From Cirrosporium novae-zelandiae (Eukaryota), in assembly GCA_026023565.1 (NCBI GenBank), contig JAPETS010000028.1:62001-126000 (forward strand): a stretch of DNA of 64,000 nucleotides, given 5' to 3'. A model generated the notes under the pieces. That model saw only the letters and a program-made list of their open reading frames with translations, did not search any database and was not told the DNA's origin. Positions 43,366 to 55,650 of the stretch are shown piece after piece (the stretch's first letter is position 1; each line of letters opens with the position of its first letter). The translations under genes were made by a program, and so were the position numbers.

Positions 43366-45033
43366 AAATTCCACAATAATCGTTTTTTCCGATCAAATTA
43401 CGGATATAAAAAAATAATTTAAAAATTATATTTGATAGAAAAATTAATATAAATATATTAATATTTAAATATAAATAAAAAATTTTAAAAATTATAATAA
43501 AAATAAATAATATAATAATAAATATATATTTATTAAAAATTTTATATTAAATAAAAATATAAAAAATATTTTTAAAAATATTTAAAAATTTAAAAAAATT
43601 AAATCTAATAAAAAATAATTTAAAAAATATTTATTTATTATTCTGAAATACGGTAATCGTATAAATAACGCCGGAAAAATATTATTAAAAATAAATACGA
43701 ATCGGGTTTATATTAAAAAAATATATTATTTTAATTAAAATAAAACTCCCGTTTATAATATATAAAAAATAAAAAATTAAAAATTATTATTTAATAAAAT
43801 ATAAATTTCGATATACCCGATAATTTATATTAAAAATAAATAAAATATATTTAAAATATATTTAATTAAAATATAAATTATTTTTAAAATATAAAAATAA
43901 AATTTTTAAATATATAATATATACGGAAATATACGAAATATAAAATTATTAATATTAAATAATAAAATATAAATCCGCGTATACAAAGATTTATATATAT
44001 ATTCCGTTAAAATATATAAATTATTTAGATTTTTATATAATTATAAATAAAAAATATTTAATTACCCGAAAAATAAAAATAAAATATATAAACAAAATAT
44101 TCAAAAAATATTATATAATTATTTTATATATTTATTTTTTTTAAAAAAAAAATAAAAAAAAAAACGTATATAATCTTTAAAATATTAATAATATCGAAAA
44201 TATTAATAATATCGAAAATATTAATAATATCGAAAATATTAATAATATCCGTATTATAAATAAATAATAATATATCCGAATTATAAATAAAAATATTATA
44301 ATATAATTATTATAAAAAATATAATATAATAATTATAATTTTAAAATTAATTATATAAATTAGAACGGATACAATATTATTATAAAAATTCAATTAAAAA
44401 TTAAAAAAAAAAATATTATATTCGACGTAAAATTTTTATTAATTCGAATTAAAAATTTAAATAAAAAATAAAATTATAAAAACGGTTATTATTATATATA
44501 AAAACCGAAAAAATATCGTATTTAAACTAATTATAAAAACCGATTTAATTAATTATTTTTATTTCGTAACGCTAAATATTAATAAAATAAACGTAAACGA
44601 AAAAATAAAAAATTTAATTAAAATAATTAATATTTACGACTAAAAATTAAAAAATATATATTTTTAGGAATAAAACTAATAATAAAAATCTAAAAAAATC
44701 CTATAAAATATAAAATAAAAACCTATTTTTAATAAAAACAAAATAATATTAATAAAAAATTTTAATATTTATAATCTAATATAAAAACCCGAACGGATTA
44801 TTTATATAAACGACGCGTTTTTAATAATATTTATAAAAAAAATAAAATTTAATTATATAAAACGGCTTATAGAAAAATAGGGCTTAGTTATACAGAATAA
44901 CGCCGCCCAGAACACTTGGTTCGGAAAGGAATCGGCTCGTCATTCAATAATCGACCTGACAATAACTAACCCCGCAATAGGGCCGCTTCAGGGATGGTCT
45001 GCAGGCGCGGTAACCGACAAAACAGGCAATGAA

Positions 45034-45286
45034 TGCGAAGACAGCGCTTAGTACAGGCAGTGTGGTAGACTAGTGAGGCAATAGAATATATAACTAATAG
45101 GTATAACGTGCTATTCGTATACAAAACGCAAGTAATAATAATAGTTTTCGAAATATTTTTTCTGTAGATACAAAAATCGAACGCTGTTTTGATAAATTAA
45201 ATAACGTTTTTCTATATAAAAATTTGGTCACGCGCTAAACCTCGTCTATACGTTTACGAAATATATATATTTAGTACGTCGTTACA
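45034..45286 (-). repeat. 3' LTR of chromovirus
   Basis: Direct repeat of 52271-52523, differing mainly by transitions. Confidence 0.93.
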
Positions 45287-47053
45287 ATTGCTTCCTTTTT
45301 AAAAAGGTTTAATTTCAAACCTTTATATAGGATAATTATTTTTATTATCGTATATACGATAAACTATTTTTTGCGATACGTATAAAAAAATCTAGCCAAA
45401 TTCATAATTTATTAAACGGAATTTATAATATACAGATCCTTAAATATTATATCAATATATAATTATAACGGTGAAATAAAAATAAAAAATAATAATAATA
45501 ATAATATTAAATTATTATATTAATAAATAATATAGATTAAATAATAATAAATATTATAAAAAACGTGAATCTCGTAATTTAATATATTATAGTATTAATA
45601 TTATTATTATATATTTTATTTATATTTAAATAATAAATTTTTTTTATAATCTTTTTTTATATTTTTTTTAATTTTTTATTTTTTATTTATTTTATATCTG
45701 TTTTATTTATAATTTTTAATTACGTTTTTTATTTTTTATTTTTAATTATTATTTTATTTTTTAATATTTTATTTTATAACGATAGTTCCCCGTTTTTCTA
45801 TTATTTATGGATTTATCGTAAATAAAACGTTAATTATATTTTAAAAAAAAACTGGTTTTATTATTAAAAATAAGAGTAACGATTTATTTCGTCGTTCTAA
45901 TAATTTTTTTAATTTTTTTTATCGTATTATTAAATCGAGCCGTAGACGAATATACCGTTAATATTAGAAATATATCCGTCGTATAATTCGGGATAGTAAA
46001 AATAATAAATCAAATCTAATATATATAATTAAACCGGGTTATCGGAAATACAATTATTATATAAAATTGAAATACGTTTATATTTCGACAAATATTTTTA
46101 CGTTTTTCGTATATTTATTATAATAATAACGTTTATTCAGATTTTTATTTTTTTAAAAAATACCGTTTTTAATTTTCGATTAGAATCGGCTCGGTATTTA
46201 ACGGATCCGATAAATAAAATTTTAGAATTATTTATTAAATACGTTTATATATTAGATTTTAATATATAAAACGTTTCTAAAATTGGGATAATAATAACAA
46301 ATATTCTAAAACGATCGCGCGTTTTTTTTACGGTTTTTATTGATTCTTTTATTCCTTTTTTAAAAAATATTATTTTGGCCGAATTTGTTTACGCGGTCCG
46401 CGTAAATATTAATATATATTATATAATAGTAAATATATTTTTTTTCTATTATATTTATATTTTTAATATCTATAATATAATTTTTTTTTATTTAGTCTGG
46501 ATAGAGCTAGATCGAGAATATTTAATAGTTTTTTATACGTTCCCGCGGCGGTTTTTCTATTATTTTTATTTTTATTTTTATTTAATAAAAATTTTTTCGT
46601 GGTAATAAAACTATAAAAAATATAAATAAAAAAAAAATTAGAATTTTAATATATTTTATATAAATAACGGTAACAAAAATAATAAAAATAATAATTGGTT
46701 TATCGAAAAATTTTTTAATAAAAAAAACGTAAAAAAAAACGATAATTATAATAAAAATAATAAATTGAATAATTTTGAATAAATAATATATTTCGGGTTT
46801 TTATATTTCTATTATATAACTGCGGTTTTTTTATAAATATTCCGTTTTTATCGTATATTTTATTTTCGATAGAAATATTATTTTGTTTTTTATAATTTTT
46901 TTTAAATTTGTTTTTTTTTTTTATATTCTTTAATATTTTTTTAAAAATATTCAAAATTCTTTTCCGGTTGCTAATTATTTTATTCCTCGTTTTATCTTTT
47001 TTATTTTATTAAAAATTCTCGTATTTTTTTACGAACGCGTTCGTTTAATATAT

Positions 47054-47368
47054 TGTCAAGGTTGGGGCTCTGATAGTGTAGGTAGCGATGCGGATAGGTA
47101 GTGTGTCCATATCGTAGTAATATTGAAATAATAGTACTCCTATATAATACAAGACTGAAAGCTGGCCTTTCCCAGCTTTCCTTCTATCTTCTTATATAAG
47201 TTTTTCTATTTGATGTCTTCTCGGTAACCTATCGGCGCCACGTAACGCCACTTCCCCGTTTTCATCCCGCCCTTGGTCCCCAGACGTAGCGACCCCTTCT
47301 AGTACTCCATTTCCCCTCCTTTGTGACAGAACCCCTTTTTAGTATTCTACTTCTCTTCCTTTGTGACA
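47054..47368. mobile_element. Solo LTR of an unrelated family (315 bp)
   Basis: TGTCA...TGACA termini with TATAT on both sides (47049-47053, 47369-47373). Normal GC content; TATATAA-like motifs inside. Confidence 0.85.
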
Positions 47369-50300
47369 TATATATTCTATAATATATTTTTTTTTATTTT
47401 TTATTTCTATAGGTTCTGGAGGAGATTTATTATTTTTTCGGTGGTATAATTCTAATAATAATATATAAAATATTCTATAAATACGGTTATATATAGATAA
47501 TAATTATAAATTATATATATTTTATTTTATAATATTAATTATTTTAAATAAATTTATAAATTTATTATTAAATTTTTTATTTAATTTATATAAACGAAAA
47601 TATTACGTCGATAATAATATTTTTTTTTAATATTATATAATTTTTATTTATATTTTCGATTGTAATATTTCTTTGCCGTATTTTATATACGTTCCCAGAA
47701 TTTTTTATTTTTTTCGGGTTATAAACGTTCCGTAAACTCTTTCGCTGCTAATATTTTTTTTCAGGAATATCGTTCTCGATATTTATATATAAATTTGGTT
47801 TGAATTTATAATATCGATTAAATAAAATTATTTTTGTTTAAATATTTATATTATTATTATACGTATATTATACGTTTACGAATAATTTAATCTAATTATC
47901 CTAGTTTTTATTTATATAATATTTCAGATATATTTCTAAATTTTGATTTTATTTTTTAGTTTATCCGTCTATTTAAAAATAAAAAATTATAAATAATCTG
48001 CGTTTCGTATATATATAATAGCAGAACGTTATTTATTATATAAAAATAAATAGATTTTTTCGATCCGATATAATTAATTATATTATTTTAAAATTAGATA
48101 TTATATAATCGTATATAATTTCCGTTAAATCAATTATATTCGTTTTTATTATATAAAAAATATATTTAAATATTTTAGAATATCGGTCTACGATAATTAA
48201 TATAATATTATAAATTTTTTTTCTATATTTCGTAAATAATAATCTAGTAATAAAATCTATATTTATATTTTTCTATAGTTTTTTCGGCTCTGGAAATAGA
48301 ATAAATAAACCGTATAATTTATATTTTAGGATTTTTATACGTTGATAAACGTTATATATATATATATACTCGCGTATATATTTAAATAATAATAATTATT
48401 AATAATACCGTCTAATTAATTTTATTATTTTATTATATTCTAAATAATTTTTTTATTAAAAATTATTATAATTTATTTATATAATTTTTTTTCGTATAAC
48501 GGGGTCGTGAAGAATATACGCCGCGCCGTCGTATCGTATTAAACTCGTATCGTTTATATTTTATTTATTTTTCAGGACTTTTTTTTGGAGTTATTTATTT
48601 AGGAATAGTTTTTAGGCTTTATTTTTATATTAGGCGTCCCTATTCTGTAAAAATATAAAATAATTAATAAATATATCTGATATATTATTATTATAGGGCG
48701 ATATTTTTCTATATATTTCTCGCACGTGTTTACGAACGGATTACGTAATTAGTTTTTTTATAAATTTTGAAATATTTATTTCTGTTTCTTTATTATATTT
48801 AAGCGCACCGTTTATATTATTTATAATTTCTATAATAAATCTGGAAAAATTATTATTTATATTTTTTATTTTAATATTTTTAATATTTAATTTTTTAGTT
48901 TTAGTTTTTTTAATTTTTCGGTTTTTTATTATAATTACGATAATTATTTTTTTTTTATTAGATTATCGGTATTTTTTATCTATTATATATAATTTTTTTT
49001 TTATTTCAGTTTTTATTCTAAAATTAAAAATAATTATTTATTTTTTGATTTTTTAATATTATAATCCGGTTTTCGAAATAATTTATTTATTAGATTCAAT
49101 TTCTTTTATCGGAAAATAATCTCGAAATTATAAATAACGAAATTTTTAATTTAATATATTTATCGTTTATTTAATTTTTTCGTTATTATAAAATAACGTA
49201 AATTATTATAATTATTTAATATTTATATTATATATAATATTTTTATTTTTTAAAAATTTTTATAATTATTATTAATTCCGTATTATAAATATTATAATTT
49301 AATTCCGCGGCAATTAATTTCCGAAATTAGAATATAATCGGGTGTTATTCGCCTCGTATATTCTTTTTATATAAAATAAATAATTAAAATAGGATAATTA
49401 TAATTCTAAATTCTGAAATATCTATTTTTATTCAAATATATAATTCTGAATTAAAATATCGTAATATAAAAACTGTCGTAAAATATTTAATTAATTTTTT
49501 AAACGTATATTTTATTTTTTTAGATTATTTAAATAATTTTATTTTTTTAGATTATTTAAATAATTTTATTTTTTTATTTTTTTATATTTTTTTTAATAGC
49601 CTAGTTAGTGGTATTATTATATTAGAATATTTAAAAATAAATCGTTTATAAAAATTCGTAAATCCTAGAAAAATCTAAACGTCTCGATAATTTATTAGTC
49701 TAAACTAATTCTGGATTATTTTTATTTTATTTAATTTTATTAAAACGTTTTGCGTTCTAATAACGAATTCTAAAAAATAAATCTCTATTTAAAAGAATTT
49801 ATATTTGGATAATTTTATATATAGTTTATATTTTTTTAGATATTCCAGTATTTATCGTATATAAATCGTATAATCCTCGTTTAATCTATTAAAAATCAGT
49901 ATATCGTCTATATACGCGATATATATAATATTTAATAATTTTTTCAGGGTTTTATTAATATATATTTGAAATATAATAAAAATATTAATTAATCTAAATA
50001 ATATAATTAAATATTCAAAATATTTATAACGTATACGAAAAATAGTTTTTTATTCGTCGCCCCGTTTTATACGGATCCGATAATATATATTTTTTATATT
50101 TAATTTAATAAATATAATTATTTTTAATAATCTATCGATAATTTTTTTAATTAAAAATAATAAATAACGATTTTTGATCGTTATTTTATTGATTTTTTTA
50201 TAATTAACGTATAAACGTAAATTATTATTTTTTTTTTTATAAATAAAATAAAAGTTTTTTTTAATAATTTTGATTCCTGAATCCAGTTTTTTTCTAGACT

Positions 50301-52270
50301 ATTATTTATATATTAATATAACGTATATAATTTAATCGCTAATAATATATAAATCGGTTTATATAATATTTCTGTTTTTTTTTAAATATCGATTTTATAT
50401 ATTATTTTAATTTATATTAGAAAATTTTAATTAATATTTTCTGTAAATATATTTTAAAATTTTAAATATTTTAAAAAAAAAATTATATTAATTATTTCGG
50501 TCGTATATAATTCTGCGTTAAAATAATTATTATACGTTTTTTATACGTATTATATATCCGAAATAAAATATATATATACGATATATATTAGAATTTAATA
50601 TTTTAATTTTTTTTTTATTTTTTTAATAATAATTTTTATAAAATTTATAATCGTTAATATAATTAATATCGATTTTAAATAATATTATTTTTTTCGTTTT
50701 TACCAATAAATAAATAAAATTTTTTTAAATTATAAATATTTTAAAATAATATCGTATTCTCGAATATTAATAATTAAAAAAATCTATTAATATTTTTTAT
50801 TTAAATTTTATATATTTATAACGTAAATACGGATAAAATATTAATTATAAATTAGAATAATATATTTATTAATTATATAAATTTTAATTTTTTTATTTAT
50901 AATAAAAAATTCTTGTTTTATAATAAATTTTTAAAAAATAAAATTTTTTTAAATTCTAATATTAATTAATATTATTATTTTATATATTTTTTATTTAGAA
51001 TATAGAATAACGGTAATAATTATTATTCGAATACGTTTAATTTTTTTAGAATTTTTATTAAGCGTTACGGAGATTATTATAACGTTTTTTAAAAATTTAA
51101 TACGATATCCCTATTTTTAATAATTAAAATATATTTTTTTAAAAAAGATTTTTTAATTATTTTTTTTTTTTTTAGATTTCGGGATTAATTTCCGGTCGTT
51201 GCGATTATCTTTCGTATACGATATTTTTCGAATATTAATTTAGATTATAGTTTTTTTTTTTAATATTTCTTCGAATCGTTAAATAATTATAATAATATAT
51301 TTTTTATTTATTATTTTATAATTTTTTTATATAATTTTATTACGTAATTTAGATTTTAATTTTATTATTAAATCAGATATTTTTTTTAAATCGTTTCCAC
51401 GATTATTTATTAATATATTTTCTTCGATTTTCTCAAAATAATAGGTAAACTCTCTAACACTCTGGTTCGGAAATTATTTCGCTTCGTTATATCTCAAAAT
51501 TGCGTTTAGTCTGCGATTCGCAGGGTCTTTGATAATATTACGAGCCCACTGCAAATATTTTTCCTAAATTATATTTTTATTGGGGAGACGATACTATTTC
51601 TCGCGAGCCAATTTAGTAAGGAACGTAACTGCGTGTACCACGCGTTTCGTATTAGTGTTTAGGTGCGGGGCCGTATTCAAATATATCTGCCAATCTAGTA
51701 TATAGTTATACAGTTTTTTTTCGTTTTTACCGTTGTACGTTGGCGGTATTTTAGGCCTGTACGGGTTTAGACGAGCCGTATTCTATATATTATCGGTAGA
51801 ACGGTAACGTTTATACGTATTAATAATATTTTCGTCCCGTATATTTTAAATATCGTCGTTACGATCAATACGCTATTATATTATAAATTTTTTATTTCTA
51901 ATATTTCGGTTAATTTATTATATCGTTATTTTAATTATTCGGGCGTTATATTTAAAATCGATAATATATTTAATATTTCTAACGTATTTATTTTTTTCGT
52001 ACGAGTTTTTTATATAATCGCTGATTTTAATTACGTAATTAATAATTTTTAGGATATAATCGATAATTCCGTTTATTCCGGTTCAATTATTCGGGCTAAT
52101 ATTGTATCTCGATATAGAAATATCGTCTAAATTTCGGTTATAATACGTAATCGTAGTAAAATCGATTTTATAATTTTTTTTAGAAATAAAAAATAATTAT
52201 TAATAATATTTAATTATTTTTTATTATTTTACCGAACGGTTTTCCGTTAATAGGATCAGCGTTCGATTAT

Positions 52271-52523
52271 TATAAAAATAGCGTTTAATATAAATAATAT
52301 AATATATTAATAAAATAATAGAATATATAATTAATAAATATAATATATTATTCGTATATAAAACGTAAATAATAATAATAATTTTTGAAATACTCTTTCT
52401 ATAAATATAAAAATCGAACGCTATTTTGATGAATCAAGCAGCGTTCTCCTATATAAAGGTTTGGCCACGCGCTAAGCCTCGCCTATGCGCCTACGAAGCG
52501 CATATGCTTGGCACGCCGTTACA
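52271..52523 (-). repeat. 5' LTR of chromovirus
   Basis: Begins TGTAACGG on the minus strand, with TATA-like TTTATATA at 52457-52450. Followed by the PBS region and gag. Confidence 0.93.
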
Positions 52524-55500
52524 ATGAATTAGGAACTGGTTCAGACCACGCCCTTATTCAATTCGAATGGGGGGGTCAACGCCCAAAAATAAGCAAGCCA
52601 ACCCCGAATTCGTGGGATTTAAAGCCGCTGGAAGACCCCCAACAGCAAACTAAAACGAAATAAAAATAGGAATCCTGGTCAATTACGAAAGGTATATTAG
52701 CCGCAGATTATATAGAAACGTAATTAAAAAACGAGATACAGAAAATTATTATTTAATTAAAAATTATTCTAAATAAATACGCAAAACCTAAACGGGTATA
52801 TATTTGATCGAAAATTTAATAGAATCCCGAATATACGGTTAAAAAACACGAATATTACGTAATATTTAAAAAAACGAAATAAAAACGCCGAATCTATAAA
52901 AAAATTAAAATAGTATTTAAAAAATTTATAAAATTAATTAAAATTAAAAAAAAAAAAAAAAAACCGATTTTTTTTAAATATATATAAAAAAAAACGATTT
53001 AAATAAATTTTTAAATCCCGAAAATATTTAATAAAAATAAAAAATATTAAAATATTATAAATTTTAAAACTGAAATTTAACGCCGGCGTTTTATATAAAA
53101 AATAGGAGAATAACGATAAAAATTAAAAATAAAAAAATTTTTATACGGGAATAAATATTTCTATTATTTTTAAAAAACCCCGAACCCCGGTTTTTAATAA
53201 AAACAATATTCGTTTAATAATTATTTAAAAAAACGGTGCGAAAAATATTATATATATAAAATACGAATAAAATTTTAAAATATAACGGAATCTATTTTAA
53301 AATATTCCGTATATTATAATAACAGGACCCCGATAAAATAATAGAAATAATCCGGTATTATTTCCGATTAAAATATTACCCGACGTAATAAAAATATATT
53401 TAAAAAATATAAATATTTAATTAAAAAAATAATCGTTAAAAAATTTTTAATAAATTTAAAAAATTAAAAAAAATATATTAAATTAATATTTAATTATAAC
53501 GATAATTTAAAAAATAATAAATTTAAATTTTAAAATCGAAAAAATCTAAATAATCGAAAAAAATAGATTTTTAAAAAAAATAATAATATTTTTAAAATAA
53601 TAAATTTTTAATAAAACGCTAATATAAAATTAAAAAAATATATATTAATTAAATAAATCTAAATTAAAAAACCGTAAAATAAAAATAAAAATAATTTAAA
53701 AAATAATTAAAAAATTTTTATAAATAATATAAAAATATTATTTAAATTAAAATAAAAAAATATTTAATATAAAATTTTAAAAAATATAAATAATTTTAAA
53801 AATAATAATTAAAATATATTTAAATATTTATAAAATTTCTAAAAAAAAAATAATAATATTATTTAATTTATAAATAATTATTAAATAAATCGAAAAATAA
53901 AAATTAAAAAAAAATTAAATAATTATATAAAAAATATACGAATATATTAAATATTTAATAAATTAAAAAATAAAAATTATTATTAAATAAATTTTAGAAT
54001 ATTATAAAATATTAAAAAACGATATAATAAATTAAATAATTAAAATAAATATAATATTAAAAAATAATAAAATAATAAAATAAATTTTATTAATTTATAT
54101 AATCTATAATATAATAAAAAAACGGATTATAAAAATATATAATTAATTATATAATTAAAAAATAAAAAAATCGTTTAATAAATTTTATCAAATATATTTT
54201 AAATATAAAAAAAATCGGATATTAAAATATATATTTAAAAAATTAATAAATAAATTTTATTAAATAAAAACGGGATATATTATTATTAAAAAATATATAT
54301 ATTATATAAAAATTATTATTATTCCGGAATATTAATAATATAAGATTTTATATTAAAATATATTTTATTTAATATTAATATATCCGCGTTAAAAAACGAT
54401 TAAAACCCGTTTATAAAAAATAATAAAAAAATAAGAATATTAATAATTTAATATAATCGAAAAAAAAAAAACTAATATTCGTATTAAAAAATCGAAAATT
54501 TTTTAAAAATTAAATACGTTTTTTAAATAATACGAAAATAGAAAAATCTTAATATTAAATTAAATACGAAATAGAAAATCGTAAAACGTATCTAAATTAA
54601 AAATAAATAAAATCCGGATACGAAAAAAAAAACGATCTAAAAATAAATATTAAATAAAAACTGGACCCGTAATAAAAACGCGGGATAAACGTATACGTAA
54701 ATAAAAATTAAAAAAATCGAAAATAAATATAAATAAACCTATTTATAGGTTACGAACACCGAAATAACGTTAAAAAATTATCCGGTTAGATAAATCAAAT
54801 AATTCTAGGAAACCCAAAAAAAAGGGCAAACTATATAGCCGAATCAGGAGGGTAACCCCTACCATTTTAATTAAAAATAAACCCGAAAAGGGATATAAAA
54901 GGGCCTAAAAACCCCCGAGTAAAGTCCGTTATAGCTTCTAAGCGATATATGGACATAAAACAATGAATAATCATCATCATCATATATTCTTTAGCGCCTT
55001 CGACTAATTGTTTAATTGAACAACGCAAAGTATTTCAAGTATAATAAAAATAGGGGTTTATAGAATTGAATAGCTATATTTAACTAGACATGCCAGAATG
55101 ACTTTAATGCCTCTAGATGTATATTTAGCATAGTTCATTTTAAGGCTTGGTGTTTTTCGGGGTCGGGCAAACTCATCGCAACAATTTATGACCCGAACTC
55201 GAACCTGACCTCTTACGATTAATTAAGAATCCCCATCTCTGCGCCGCTACCCGGCGAGGCTTCGTGGCCTGTGAGCTTGACTCGAAATTCCGAGTTGGAG
55301 GTGGGATTAAGATATCTCCGACATCGAATTTCTCGGCCCTGACTAGATACCTCGGGGGAAACCTCAATAGGCATCTTCTAAGATTTTTGTATTTTTTAAT
55401 GAACCTTTGTATTCAATCAGATGGCATATTTCTAAGGGCGTTTGATTGCAGGGTCCTCATTCTATATCTTTGTTAAAAACCACAACACTTCACCTCACGA

Positions 55501-55650
55501 GACTTATTCTCAGTAGTATTTCCCGCTACCCTCTACACCTATAGGCTTCTTATTCTTCCTTAGATTAAGCCAAGCTTCCTCCAGTGAATATATATCCCCA
55601 TCCTGTATTTCAATTAAACCACTGGCCGCTTCCTCCCTCCCTCAGTCCCA

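Larger units (their letters stand above)
45034..52523 (-). mobile_element. Complete Ty3/Gypsy chromovirus LTR retrotransposon, RIP-inactivated
   Basis: Two 253-bp TG...CA LTRs with a 5-bp TSD ATGAA (45029-45033, 52524-52528). Minus strand gives gag NQSVREFTYYFE (~51430-51470), RT YRIRIKRGDE*KT and YIDD (49903-49914), integrase TKRRL...DG*T...NQNLE (~47935-48008) and a chromodomain (~46960-47420). Purine tract at ~45290-45300. Confidence 0.93.
1..54983. repeat. AT-rich RIP-degenerated transposable-element block
   Basis: Very low GC, TpA-rich and CpA/TpG-poor. Repeated copies differ almost only by C>T and G>A transitions. TE protein motifs are readable only after reverting transitions. No intact host genes. 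Confidence 0.95.
43440..54983 (+). mobile_element. 5'-truncated, internally deleted LINE interrupted by a Gypsy element
   Basis: The APE endonuclease reads NTWFGKESARHSIIDLTITNP...TGNE before 45034 and resumes LGTGSDHALIQFEW after 52528. A deletion at ~53405 removes most of RT. Perfect tail atgaataatcatcatcatcat ends at 54983. Confidence 0.9.

Noticed and set aside
44180..44250. 18-bp tandem repeats (AATATTAATAATATCGAA), plus local duplications near 24290-24365, 35845-35895 and 49515-49575, as a CRISPR-like array
   Set aside because: No unique spacers; simple slippage duplications inside TE copies in a eukaryotic genome.
46375..46954. I/F/Y/K/N-rich ORFs of 76 and 79 aa
   Set aside because: Composition is what AT-rich RIPed DNA gives by chance; not credible as they stand.
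1..54983. Organellar or AT-rich bacterial/protist origin of the AT-rich DNA
   Set aside because: Transition-only divergence among recognisable fungal TE copies and continuity with intron-containing fungal genes explain the composition.
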